Notes: generated from the sequence alone by a model not told the origin. A DNA stretch of 52,581 nucleotides from a virus (IMGVR_UViG_3300025704_002224:1-52581); one strand, 5' to 3'. Positions 9,783-19,354 are shown, numbered from the stretch's first letter. Program-made: numbers and translations.

Positions 9783-10442
9783 ATGAACAAAAAGATATTT
9801 GCGAAACTTCTCGCACACAGTCAAAACAATCTGGACAAGATCACACAACCTTATATTCAGGAAACATTTGGTGTCCAAGTGCAGAGATGTGACACCATCG
9901 AACAGTACGTGGAGGCAATAGACGATGCCTGCTTGAACAAGTATTTCTCAAAATATTGGCAAAACGACATGAAAAAGTGGAAGTATTCTGGTCTTGCTTT
10001 GATAGACGAGGTAAATTCTTTAAAACCAAGGGCGGTGCTAGATGTCGGGTGTGGTTACAACGAATTCAAAGGCAAAATACATAATCTTATCGGTATAGAT
10101 CCATACAATAACCTTGCTGATCACGAAGTGGGCACATTAGAATATAGAACAGACCAGAAATTTGATGTAATTCTATGTCTAGGATCAGTGAACTTCGGTA
10201 ACAAGGATAAGATAATAGCAGAAGTTTCTAGATGTGTGAGTTTACTGGCAGACGGTGGCACAATGTTCTTTCGGGTAAATCCTGGAGTGCAACACGACAA
10301 GCCAGAGGCAGATTGGATAGAATTCTATGCTTGGAACGTGCCTTTTATTATAGAACTGGCTGAGATGTTTCAATTGAAGATTTTAGACATCAGAGATGAC
10401 ACAAATCAACGAAAATACTTCATTTACCGTAAAACCAAGTAG
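9783..10442 (+). CDS. Class I SAM-dependent methyltransferase
   Basis: VLDVGCG, GIDP, FDVILCLGS. Confidence 0.85.
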   Translation: MNKKIFAKLLAHSQNNLDKITQPYIQETFGVQVQRCDTIEQYVEAIDDACLNKYFSKYWQNDMKKWKYSGLALIDEVNSLKPRAVLDVGCGYNEFKGKIHNLIGIDPYNNLADHEVGTLEYRTDQKFDVILCLGSVNFGNKDKIIAEVSRCVSLLADGGTMFFRVNPGVQHDKPEADWIEFYAWNVPFIIELAEMFQLKILDIRDDTNQRKYFIYRKTK

Positions 10443-10485
10443 ACTTATGCTAGAATTGTGCTACAATAAGAAGTAAATACCTACA

Positions 10486-10785
10486 ATGCAAAAACATACT
10501 AGAAGTTTATTAGAAGAATTGAGCTCAATGCCTTTAAAAAGGGACAAGGAAGAGGTTGTAGAGAGTAGAGCCTCACACATCCTTGAAAGTGCCATCAGAC
10601 TTATGACATATATCAGGGAGAACTTCGATCAAGACACAGCATTCAAACTAGAAAAGAAATTCAACTCCGCACTTAAGAACATGGACGCTTCCAAGTTCAG
10701 CAAAGGAGTCGCACGGATTAAAGAGAATCGAGACGTAAAAGAGAACGTGCTTAAAATCAAAGACGGCGAATACCGAGAGGACTAA
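10486..10785 (+). CDS. Conserved phage hypothetical protein
   Basis: 99-aa ORF 6 nt after TAAATA. Confidence 0.75.
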   Translation: MQKHTRSLLEELSSMPLKRDKEEVVESRASHILESAIRLMTYIRENFDQDTAFKLEKKFNSALKNMDASKFSKGVARIKENRDVKENVLKIKDGEYRED

Positions 10786-10788
10786 TCA

Positions 10789-12003
10789 ATGTTGATAGAA
10801 GATGTCCTAACAGAGTTCAAGAGGACACACCTTGAACACATCGAGGACATAGTGATCACCGACGGCTACGAGGGTGGCAAGGCAGTCTTGGAATACTTCA
10901 GAGGATTATTATTAACATTGAAAGGATCAAGTTCTGAGGCCATGAGTGTGTCTGTGAAGTGGGACGGTGCACCCGCTGTGGTGTGTGGAACCAATCCAGA
11001 CAATGGTAAATTCTTTGTGGGCACAAAGTCAGTGTTTGCAAAAGCGGCCAAAGTAAATTACACAAAAAAAGACATAGCAAACAATCACGGTACAGACGAC
11101 CTAGGACAGAAGTTATTAAAATGCCTGGTACATCTAAAGAAACTTAACATACAGGGAGTGGTGCAAGGTGACCTGTTGTTCACTGATGAGGACATCACAC
11201 GTAAGAATATAGATGGCAAGCCTAACCTCACGTTCACACCTAACACAATCACATATGCAGTACCAGAAGCAAGTGAATTGGGCAAACAGATAGACCGTGC
11301 TAAAGTAGGAATCATATTCCATACCACATATGTGGGTGATTCTTTAGCAGACATGAACGCACAAGGTGGAGCAGATGTTAGTTCATTTGCTAAAAGCAAT
11401 GATGTGTTCTTTGACAATGCCACTTACAAAGACGTTTCTGGCAGTGCTAAATTTACTGATGATGAAACAAAACAATTCTACAACGGTATAGAGAAATTAG
11501 AAACACTGTTGAACAGTGTTCCACGTAACCTTGCAAGTGTACTAGGACAGAACGCAGACTTTATACCTATGTTCCAGATGTACATCAACGCAATGGTCAA
11601 GCAAGGACAGTTACCAAGCGATGTCAATAAATTCCTACTAGGATTCAAGAAGTTCTATTCAGATAGAATGCAACAACAGATGTCAGGACTCAAAGCACAA
11701 AAGGCATTGCAGTTAAGACAGGACAAGATGAAGCAGATGCCAGTGTTCCTTAACAGGGCCAAGAAACCATTACAGGCCATGCTCATGTTCTACAAAGCAG
11801 TGCAGACCATGAAAGGATTTGTGCTTAAGAAGATGAACCAAGCACAGGCCATAGGTTCGTTCCAACAGACGGATGGCGGCCTAGAGGTGACTGAACCAGA
11901 GGGTTTTGTTGCTGTTGACAAGTCAGGTAATGCTGTTAAGTTGGTAGATAGGTTGGGATTCTCAAGAAGGAATTTGACGGCTATCAGCAAATTCAAGAAA
12001 TAG
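10789..12003 (+). CDS. DUF6267-like phage protein
   Basis: HLEHIED, SVKWDGAPAVVCG, QGDLLFT, FTPNTITY, PEGFVA, VKLVDRLGFSR.N motifs (nucleotidyltransferase/ligase-like pattern). Confidence 0.75.
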   Translation: MLIEDVLTEFKRTHLEHIEDIVITDGYEGGKAVLEYFRGLLLTLKGSSSEAMSVSVKWDGAPAVVCGTNPDNGKFFVGTKSVFAKAAKVNYTKKDIANNHGTDDLGQKLLKCLVHLKKLNIQGVVQGDLLFTDEDITRKNIDGKPNLTFTPNTITYAVPEASELGKQIDRAKVGIIFHTTYVGDSLADMNAQGGADVSSFAKSNDVFFDNATYKDVSGSAKFTDDETKQFYNGIEKLETLLNSVPRNLASVLGQNADFIPMFQMYINAMVKQGQLPSDVNKFLLGFKKFYSDRMQQQMSGLKAQKALQLRQDKMKQMPVFLNRAKKPLQAMLMFYKAVQTMKGFVLKKMNQAQAIGSFQQTDGGLEVTEPEGFVAVDKSGNAVKLVDRLGFSRRNLTAISKFKK

Positions 12004-13083
12004 TTCTAATGTCTTGTTGATCTGGACACTCAATTTTTTCTCATCAAAGAAGGTATCATAGTTGTGTTTCCTCAGTGCTTGTGTCTGCAGGTATATGTCT
12101 TGCCATTTCTTGTTGCCGCTTTCCACCACACTCCCTTCGCTACACTTTGCCTTAAGATCTTGCAAGAGAGAAACTAACTTGTCTCTTCGTTTTCTAGGAT
12201 CCCGTTCGAGATCATAACTCTCATTAAAATAATTTCCAAATGTCTTGAACCCTATCTCTCTTAATTTCTGTAGATACAAGTAGTTGCCATGCACTACAAA
12301 AACATGTTGTGCAATTATTGGTTTCCATATCTTCTCAGTCATGAACACGTCGTAATCATTATCGTTGGTTTCTGATACCAAACTACACACTGTATCGATG
12401 TAAGGTAATTCATAGATATCTTGATCTAATCCAAAACGTGGATACTTGTCTGCATCGACATTGGGTAATTCGTACCCGTCAGGCATAACACTTTTTTTTG
12501 ATTTATGCAAATGGAATGTGTGTATACTGTTAGTAAGCAAACCTTTTGCTAACAAATGATCATAAAGTTCTACTCTGTGGGGCCTGGCCGCTTTATTTAG
12601 ATAGAGAAAGTCATGTTTCTTGTGCCAATAACTGCCATTGTGATTATGGGTGAAATTAAATGTGTTGCCCTTGTGTTTTTTATACATGTAATACCAAAAC
12701 CAACTGGTACCTCCAGTCCATTTGACGTGCTCTGTTGTAAATTTGGGCCAGACTTTTTCCTCTTGATCTGTGCTTTGAATATTTTCTATTGACTCCCAAG
12801 GGCTGGCCGCTATGAAAACAAATCCTTGACTCTTTAGTAAGTCTAATCTACGCTGTAATTCTTCATTAAATTCTTTGTTGTCCGCTACTCTGGCGTTGCC
12901 ATGATTGACATCGATGATGGCGAATTTCCTATCATAGGCGTCTAAATCATACCATTGCAAAGTGTAATATTCACAAGTCATGTCAAACGTTTGATTAGGT
13001 AAACTATGCATGGAGATAAAATCTGCATAGTGCTGATTTTGTCCAGTCTTCATTACATCTGTGAGAATAAAGTTTCGTTGCAT
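11962..13083 (-). CDS. Phage glycosyltransferase-like protein (ETxxFxTEK family)
   Basis: FLYLNK..RPHR, LVSETN...VFMTEKIWKPI, GFKTF..YFNESYD; paralog of 284..1471; start moved to ATG 13083. Confidence 0.6.
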   Translation of the reverse strand: MQRNFILTDVMKTGQNQHYADFISMHSLPNQTFDMTCEYYTLQWYDLDAYDRKFAIIDVNHGNARVADNKEFNEELQRRLDLLKSQGFVFIAASPWESIENIQSTDQEEKVWPKFTTEHVKWTGGTSWFWYYMYKKHKGNTFNFTHNHNGSYWHKKHDFLYLNKAARPHRVELYDHLLAKGLLTNSIHTFHLHKSKKSVMPDGYELPNVDADKYPRFGLDQDIYELPYIDTVCSLVSETNDNDYDVFMTEKIWKPIIAQHVFVVHGNYLYLQKLREIGFKTFGNYFNESYDLERDPRKRRDKLVSLLQDLKAKCSEGSVVESGNKKWQDIYLQTQALRKHNYDTFFDEKKLSVQINKTLELFLEFADSRQIPS

Positions 13084-13089
13084 ATGCCC

Positions 13090-13097
13090 TATAAATA
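13090..13097 (+). promoter_or_regulatory. T4-type late promoter TATAAATA
   Basis: Exact TATAAATA, 5 nt before ATG 13103. Confidence 0.7.
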
Positions 13098-13102
13098 CCC
13101 GT

Positions 13103-13663
13103 ATGTTAACACCATTTTTAAAGTATGTATCCGAAGGCAAAGTAATAAGAAGACATAGTGACTTGCAGAGATTCACTTTCCCAGAGGTCACGGAGAGGAT
13201 ATATGTCAGTTTCCTGGCCCTGGCATTAATGAGCCAGAACAAGGACACCATGCCGTTCGTGAAAGCATACGCGGATCACACAATGGCAAAAGGCACCTTT
13301 GACCAGGTGAGGATGATCAACAACGATCTCTCAAACATGCTGGCTATCGTGTCAGGAGATCCCGAGATCACAAAGAAACTGAAGAACAAGGATCAAGCAC
13401 AGGCAATGAGGCAGAGACAGCCGGTGCCGGTCATGGCACTGAGAAGGTACCTGAGGAGTTGGGAGGATCATTACAAGAATCTCACACACCTGGAACGATC
13501 ACTCAACATACAAGATGCCAACCTCAAGAACATCAGGCGAGCAGTGGCCGACTACAACAATTTGAATTCAAAAATGAAGATGCAGACCCTACACAGACTG
13601 CAACAGCAATTACAATCCAAACTACCCAACACCGACATACTGAAAAAATTCAAGGAACTATGA
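13103..13663 (+). CDS. Phage hypothetical protein
   Basis: ORF following late-promoter motif. Confidence 0.75.
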   Translation: MLTPFLKYVSEGKVIRRHSDLQRFTFPEVTERIYVSFLALALMSQNKDTMPFVKAYADHTMAKGTFDQVRMINNDLSNMLAIVSGDPEITKKLKNKDQAQAMRQRQPVPVMALRRYLRSWEDHYKNLTHLERSLNIQDANLKNIRRAVADYNNLNSKMKMQTLHRLQQQLQSKLPNTDILKKFKEL

Positions 13664-13782
13664 TGACGATCAAATACATTTGCGAGAAGTGTGAGTGCGA
13701 ACAGCACTGCCGGAGATCCTGTACAGAGTGCAGGGACTGTCCAGACTGTGCATGTAAAGAGTGCGATGCCGGGAGCAAATAG
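13660..13782 (+). CDS. Cys-rich metallothionein-like miniprotein
   Basis: 40 aa with 10 Cys + 1 His; ATGA overlap with upstream stop and AAGGA SD. Confidence 0.6.
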   Translation: MMTIKYICEKCECEQHCRRSCTECRDCPDCACKECDAGSK

Positions 13783-14365
13783 TTTCTGGGTACTTTACGG
13801 ACAGCACACCAAACCCACTTACCTAGAAGATGCAGGCAATGGACAGCAGGCACAAAGAGATGCCGCTCTGCAATACATCAAGCAGTGGCGTGTGTGCCTG
13901 GACATAGGTAGCAACATAGGACAGTGGACGAGACCACTCTCTAAGAAGTTTGAAAGTGTGGTGTGCTTCGAACCAAATCCCAACTTCAGAGAATGCTTCG
14001 AGAAGAACATACAAGAGAAAAATGTATTGCTATGGCCTTACGGATTATCAGACAAAGAACACAAGGCAAAGCAAGACTTCAACTCAACTGTGTTACATGA
14101 AGAGGATGGAGACATAGACTGTAGGACACTTGACAGTTTCGGATTGACCAATGTAGACTTCGTTAAGATAGATGTTGACGGCTTTGAGATACCATTACTG
14201 AACGGAGCGAGGGAAACATTGAGCAAGAACGATCCCGTGATCAACATAGAGATGAAGAGGGACAAGAGGACGGATATTGTTGTGAAATGTGAGTCTATAC
14301 TGAAAGATCTCGGCTACAAGTTCCAAAAACGCACAAAGAGTGACGAAGTGTGGCTTAAATCTTAA
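13766..14365 (+). CDS. FkbM-family methyltransferase
   Basis: CLDIGSNIG, CFEP, VDFVKIDVDGFE..LLNGA. Confidence 0.9.
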   Translation: MPGANSFWVLYGQHTKPTYLEDAGNGQQAQRDAALQYIKQWRVCLDIGSNIGQWTRPLSKKFESVVCFEPNPNFRECFEKNIQEKNVLLWPYGLSDKEHKAKQDFNSTVLHEEDGDIDCRTLDSFGLTNVDFVKIDVDGFEIPLLNGARETLSKNDPVINIEMKRDKRTDIVVKCESILKDLGYKFQKRTKSDEVWLKS

Positions 14366-14463
14366 TATTACAGCATAATTTACCAATCTTACCAATAAAT
14401 ACTTGCAACTTGATTCCTGAGCGGGATCATAGTCATTTAAATCAGAAAAAAGGAGGATTAAAA

Positions 14464-14865
14464 ATGGCAACGGAAAACAACACGACATTCGTGGCGGGAA
14501 CACAATCTTTTCTAGGAAAAGAACTTGAGTTCATCACGATTGATGCAGGTGAGGAATTAGCGAATCACCTGTTGAAAAACGAGACAGCAAACGCGATCGA
14601 GAACACAGTCAGACAATACGGTAACATCGTAGGTTCAGGCCCGTTATTCGATACGAATGCTTCTAGAACATACATAGTTGAAGGTACAGACATGTTCGTT
14701 GGTGCACCAGCATCAGCAGGCGGTTCTTTCACATTAACTGAATCAGGCTCAGACGGTTCGTCAGTAGGTACTCTTACTGCGGCACTGAAAGCACTTGGAA
14801 CAGTTGATTCAATTGATCTAAACGACTCTGGCACAACTGCCAAGATCGAAGACTTAACGATATAA
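14464..14865 (+). CDS. Putative virion structural (decoration-like) protein, paralog 1
   Basis: TAAATA at 14396, strong GGAGG SD, Ala/Thr/Gly-rich. Confidence 0.6.
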   Translation: MATENNTTFVAGTQSFLGKELEFITIDAGEELANHLLKNETANAIENTVRQYGNIVGSGPLFDTNASRTYIVEGTDMFVGAPASAGGSFTLTESGSDGSSVGTLTAALKALGTVDSIDLNDSGTTAKIEDLTI

Positions 14866-14885
14866 TAGGATAGGAGAATAAAATT

Positions 14886-15290
14886 ATGCCAATATCAAGA
14901 AATAACTTTACAGCTCTACCTGTTGAGGCAGAGCAAGAAGGAGTTGATGTATCATTCTTTACAGTAGACTTCATCAATGCAATGAACTCAGAGACTGGTG
15001 ATCCACAAGCGGATTCAACAGCGGCTGGTTTAGCACTAGTACAAGCGGCTATCATGAACCTAGGAATCAACATCCTAGCAACTGGTCCGTTAGGAAACTC
15101 AAACACAGAACTTACATACATGGTGAGAGCTGACAGTTTGGACGTTGCTAACCACATCACTGCGAACGGTATCAGAGATGCGATCAGAGCTGTTGACACA
15201 AACGGAAGAGCGGCAAGTGCCACTCCAAGAAACACTGCCAACATCTCAGCGGCGACAGTAACGGCTAAAGACGTTTACATTGCTGTTTAA
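14886..15290 (+). CDS. Putative virion structural protein, paralog 2
   Basis: AGGAG SD; shares FTVDF, GPL..N..TY.V and SAATV with its neighbours. Confidence 0.6.
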   Translation: MPISRNNFTALPVEAEQEGVDVSFFTVDFINAMNSETGDPQADSTAAGLALVQAAIMNLGINILATGPLGNSNTELTYMVRADSLDVANHITANGIRDAIRAVDTNGRAASATPRNTANISAATVTAKDVYIAV

Positions 15291-15315
15291 TAGTCTAGCA
15301 TAGGAGATACAGACA

Positions 15316-15711
15316 ATGACAACTAAAGTAAACCCAACTAAAGCAAACACAACTGATCACCTTTCAGGTAAGACGATCACGGCTGTGACTGTAGACTTTG
15401 CAGTTAACGGTACAGACTTCTCTGACACTGAAATGGGACCATTGGGTGCGGTACAATTAGCGATAGCAAACCTTTCGCAAATTGGAACACCACTTATCAT
15501 CACTAAATTAAGAAGTGATGGTTCCAACGATGGTCAAGTTTTTGACATCATCTGGGAAGGTGAGTTCGGAACTGACACGTACGATGGTTCAAACAGCGAG
15601 ACGTTAGCGGCGTACCTACAAACTGAGTTAAGACTGTTAACTTCAGTTGGTGCAGGTCCAGTTAACTTGAACTCGGCGACTGTTGTGGCGGCTACAGCGG
15701 CATCATTCTAA
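15316..15711 (+). CDS. Putative virion structural protein, paralog 3
   Basis: AGGAG SD; GKTITAVTVDF, NLNSATV. Confidence 0.6.
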   Translation: MTTKVNPTKANTTDHLSGKTITAVTVDFAVNGTDFSDTEMGPLGAVQLAIANLSQIGTPLIITKLRSDGSNDGQVFDIIWEGEFGTDTYDGSNSETLAAYLQTELRLLTSVGAGPVNLNSATVVAATAASF

Positions 15712-15737
15712 TCCAATTAGACTGATACACAATTACC

Positions 15738-15773
15738 AAAGGGCGGATCTATTTTTAGGTTCGCCCTTTTTTT
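15738..15773 (+). terminator. Rho-independent terminator
   Basis: AAAGGGCGGATCT-loop-AGGTTCGCCC followed by T7. Confidence 0.9.
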
Positions 15774-15789
15774 ACGAGTAAATAATCAC

Positions 15790-16473
15790 ATGCCAACACA
15801 TTTACAAGAAGCGATAAAGATAATATTGAGTGCAGATTCCAAACTGCGAGACAAGACCCCAAGGATCTACGCCATGCCCAAGGATGAACACATGCCCAAG
15901 GCATTCACAAACCTCAAACGTATGCGATATTTGTCCCATGACCTCTGTGCGGGCAGGAACATCAAGAGATGGTTATGGAGGGATTACAACCCGGAGATAA
16001 TATTACAGCAACCACCCTTCGACCGGTACGAGGACCAGAGTGAGATCTTCACGTTGATAAGGAAACCAGATGACCGTTGGTGGTCAGGCATCAAGGACAT
16101 GTTCTATTTCATGCCATGGTACGGCTGGTGGGTCAACGACAAGATAATGCAACAGTGGCCACACTTCGGAAGAGGCACACTGAGGTATCATGACATCATG
16201 CAAGATATCAAACCCCAACACCTTATCAAGTGTGACGCGGGACTCAATGACAGGATGATCAACTTTGCCAAGACACATGGACTACTTTGCTATGGCAACA
16301 TACCACACGAGAAGGCACTGAGACACTCTAAACCAGACATCAAGAAGTTAGAGGACAATGGTGTGAAAGAACTTAAGGCATGGCTCAGGAAAAATCCAGA
16401 CAGGCAGAAACAACTAGACGACTACCTGGCACCAGACTGGCAGTACTGGGAGAAGGTAGAGTACCAAGACTGA
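15790..16473 (+). CDS. Sulfotransferase-like protein
   Basis: FTLIRKPDDRWWSGI resembles the Sulfotransfer_2 3'-PB motif; C-terminal Y..D..Y. Confidence 0.5.
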   Translation: MPTHLQEAIKIILSADSKLRDKTPRIYAMPKDEHMPKAFTNLKRMRYLSHDLCAGRNIKRWLWRDYNPEIILQQPPFDRYEDQSEIFTLIRKPDDRWWSGIKDMFYFMPWYGWWVNDKIMQQWPHFGRGTLRYHDIMQDIKPQHLIKCDAGLNDRMINFAKTHGLLCYGNIPHEKALRHSKPDIKKLEDNGVKELKAWLRKNPDRQKQLDDYLAPDWQYWEKVEYQD

Positions 16474-16988
16474 TGCACGAGTACAGGCTACACACACTGG
16501 TGGACATAACCGAAAACGGCAATCTAAAACAGCAGTTCCCATTCAAGACCCCATCAGGCGACGAGATACATGACAAGCACAGTCTGGCCGTCGCTAGGAA
16601 TCAGAACAGCAATTTCTCAACTATGTTGCAACTGCTACAGATGAGGGGTAACATCACGTGGGAACAGCCACCGCACAGAGTTGAACTTCCGAGCCTGGGC
16701 AACCATGTGTTCGGATCCTACTATGAGGGCAAACATTCAACATGGCACTTCCAGTTCTTCACAGAACAGTCAGGGGTATATGGTGAAGTGGCCGATCCAA
16801 CAGAAAATCTAGTAGACGATTTTAACCTGGTACCCATAATAACAGAATGCAAAAACACTGCATATTTTCCTGTACAAACATTCGTCACAAGAGAACTGCA
16901 GGGGTCGGACGAACAAAAAGTTATCGGAGCACTGGCAGGTGGGATCATAAACACGTACTTTTCATATGCCGGCACCATCGATAAATAA
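16473..16988 (+). CDS. Conserved phage hypothetical protein
   Basis: TGATG coupled start; TLVDIT..G and RNQ..NF.T..Q motifs. Confidence 0.7.
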   Translation: MHEYRLHTLVDITENGNLKQQFPFKTPSGDEIHDKHSLAVARNQNSNFSTMLQLLQMRGNITWEQPPHRVELPSLGNHVFGSYYEGKHSTWHFQFFTEQSGVYGEVADPTENLVDDFNLVPIITECKNTAYFPVQTFVTRELQGSDEQKVIGALAGGIINTYFSYAGTIDK

Positions 16989-17105
16989 CAGTACATTAAG
17001 GCACAAACTTTCTAATATTAAAGGCACACACAGGCGATGCAACAGGCTCATTTACAGGCTCTATTAACGGAGGTGCAAATCCTCAAAAGAGATTTACAAA
17101 GATAT

Positions 17106-17342
17106 ATGAGTACAACAGAACTAGAAAAACAGAACCTTGAAGCACACGTGGACCTTTGTTCAGAGAGATACAAAGGATTACACGACAGATTGAGTGCGAT
17201 CGAACTCCGTCTACAAAAGATGAATGAAGATCAACAGTTGAGTCACAAGAGCAGTCAGAAGACAATCATAGCAACAGCAGGCACGGTTGTCGCAGGCCTA
17301 CTATCAACGGTGGTAGTGATCCTGATGAAGATGCCAGGCTAA
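17106..17342 (+). CDS. Coiled-coil protein with C-terminal TM helix
   Basis: EKQNLEAHVDLCSERY..L..RL, hydrophobic C-terminus; start uncertain (17037 or 17106). Confidence 0.7.
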   Translation: MSTTELEKQNLEAHVDLCSERYKGLHDRLSAIELRLQKMNEDQQLSHKSSQKTIIATAGTVVAGLLSTVVVILMKMPG

Positions 17343-17354
17343 AATTATCAATAC

Positions 17355-17588
17355 ATGTTCATACAGATAGCACCTAAGGCCAGAGTCTACGTCACAGACA
17401 CGGATGTTGAATTCATACGAGAACACGCACTGGAATCATTCAGGAGCGACCAACTATCACTAGAGGATGCCGACAGGGCCAAACGGTTGGCAGACAAGGC
17501 AGTGTTCGTACGTAAGAAACTTGACACCCACATGCAATATGCTTTAAATAGAAAGATAAAGTTCGTTGCAAATGACAGGAAAAAATAA
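17355..17588 (+). CDS. Hypothetical protein
   Basis: 77-aa ORF within operon. Confidence 0.7.
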   Translation: MFIQIAPKARVYVTDTDVEFIREHALESFRSDQLSLEDADRAKRLADKAVFVRKKLDTHMQYALNRKIKFVANDRKK

Positions 17589-18075
17589 ATCAGAACTGGT
17601 AAAACAGATAGAGGCCTACGGGCTGAAAGGCAAACTTGCGGACCTGGCACACAGAGAGCAGGCACGCAGACCATTCCAACACCTGCCCAAGCAGTTCTCC
17701 AAGGGCATCCTGATAGGCAACATAGCCATCGTGCCCAAGAAACACACGGGCACCAGATACGTGTACGTGATAGCGGACATGCTGGAGGCCCAGGTACTGC
17801 ACGATGACATCAACCTCAAACAGACCGCGATCCTGGTTGCACACTACCTAGCGGATGGCAAGAACATACCGGATAACATAGTGGAGATGGACATGAAACA
17901 TTCATCACAACTGTTCGACATACAGAGTGCCAAACGAATGATACGTGAGGCACAGAAGGGCAAGGACGAACAGATGGAGGACGTTTACTGGGACAGGCTG
18001 GATGTCGCTAACCGCCTAGCGGACGAATACAAAGACAAGATACAGCAAATCTTTAGTGACACGTTCGGCACATAG
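17572..18075 (+). CDS. Hypothetical protein
   Basis: ORF within operon; ATG 17572. Confidence 0.75.
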   Translation: MTGKNKSELVKQIEAYGLKGKLADLAHREQARRPFQHLPKQFSKGILIGNIAIVPKKHTGTRYVYVIADMLEAQVLHDDINLKQTAILVAHYLADGKNIPDNIVEMDMKHSSQLFDIQSAKRMIREAQKGKDEQMEDVYWDRLDVANRLADEYKDKIQQIFSDTFGT

Positions 18076-18093
18076 ATAATAAATAAACACAGT

Positions 18094-18993
18094 ATGAAGA
18101 GCTTAGACCTTACAAAACCAATTACAACCGAATCGTTACTTAAAGAATTTGAATCCAGATTCAACATGACCATGGATCTATCACAGTTCAACGAAGAGGA
18201 ACTGCAGGACTACGCAAACCATGTGAGAACAAAGATACACGAGATCACACAGAACACACACTTCGGACAAGAATTAAAAGATGATTCATATCAGAAGAAC
18301 CAGATGATGTTGGACATCATTAATCAAGCGATCACAGAGAGAAAACTTGCTGAGTATGGTGGGATGAACACAGATCCAGAAACAGGAAAAATGGTAGACA
18401 AAATTAAGAAAGCAGGTGGCATGAGTGATATTGAAAAAAAACAAGTGATAGGATCACTAGTCACAAAAGAAATGAGCAAGATGCCAAAAGGCACAGGCAC
18501 CATGCAGGGTGTGAAAGAAGGTGTTGAAGAGCAATCAGAATTAATTTTAGCGGCCAAGGACATGATGGACAAGGTTACATCATTCTTGGAAGATCTAGCA
18601 TCAATGAAGACAGAAGGCATGTTAGAACTAGCAGACAGAATCAGAGACGAGATGGGTGCTGAGAAATCAGACGCATTCCTACAAAAAATCCAACCAGCGA
18701 TTGAACAGGCGGAAGCCACTTTAACGACAACTAGACAAGAGCTAGACAACGGTGTAAGAATTTTGACCGGAGAAGAAGTAGCATCAGACCCTATGGGCGC
18801 CGATGACACGATGGACATGGACACAACAGACGCAGACTTAGATGACCTAGAGACCGACGACCTAGAGTCAGATGAGTTTGGCGCCTCTGATGCCGAAGCG
18901 GGTGGAACAGAACCAGAAGGCAGAGAACAAAGAGAATCCAAAGAAGTGTTTGAAGCATCAAACAGATTGTTCAGTAAACTAGCAGGGAAGTAG
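18094..18993 (+). CDS. Putative head scaffold/core-like protein (acidic, coiled-coil)
   Basis: Late motif upstream; helical with Asp/Glu-rich tail; function is inference. Confidence 0.5.
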   Translation: MKSLDLTKPITTESLLKEFESRFNMTMDLSQFNEEELQDYANHVRTKIHEITQNTHFGQELKDDSYQKNQMMLDIINQAITERKLAEYGGMNTDPETGKMVDKIKKAGGMSDIEKKQVIGSLVTKEMSKMPKGTGTMQGVKEGVEEQSELILAAKDMMDKVTSFLEDLASMKTEGMLELADRIRDEMGAEKSDAFLQKIQPAIEQAEATLTTTRQELDNGVRILTGEEVASDPMGADDTMDMDTTDADLDDLETDDLESDEFGASDAEAGGTEPEGREQRESKEVFEASNRLFSKLAGK

Positions 18994-18997
18994 TCCT

Positions 18998-19354
18998 GTG
19001 AGATTTTTCGAATTCAACAAAAGCGACACAGACCTAGAGTCAGCCTTGATCAACATCCTGTTGAACATGAAGGGCGACGCCGACGAGCAAGACAAAGCAA
19101 GTGACATCAGCATGGACGCAGTCAAACAGATCATGAGCAACACAGGATACCCAGCATTCAACTATGACGTGTTCAAAAGGATCTATGATGCGGACGGTGA
19201 TCTCAAGAATGTGGTGGCAGACTTTGACAATGAAAAGATCGTGATCAAGACAGATCAAGAAGCAGAGGACAATCCTGAAATGGATTTTGATGGACAAGGT
19301 AGCACTGACAAGGTCAAGCAGATGGCCAGGTCCGCGATGAAGCGTAGACAATAA
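18998..19354 (+). CDS. Conserved phage hypothetical protein
   Basis: 118-aa ORF with GTG start; ends V.QMA.SAMKRR. Confidence 0.7.
   Translation: MRFFEFNKSDTDLESALINILLNMKGDADEQDKASDISMDAVKQIMSNTGYPAFNYDVFKRIYDADGDLKNVVADFDNEKIVIKTDQEAEDNPEMDFDGQGSTDKVKQMARSAMKRRQ

Noticed and set aside
13084-13251. Long head-to-head overlap of ORFs 11962..13251 and 13061..13663
   Set aside because: Disappears when starts are set at ATG 13083 (-) and ATG 13103 (+) around TATAAATA
18324-18941. 205-aa antisense ORF
   Set aside because: Shadow of the acidic 18094..18993 gene
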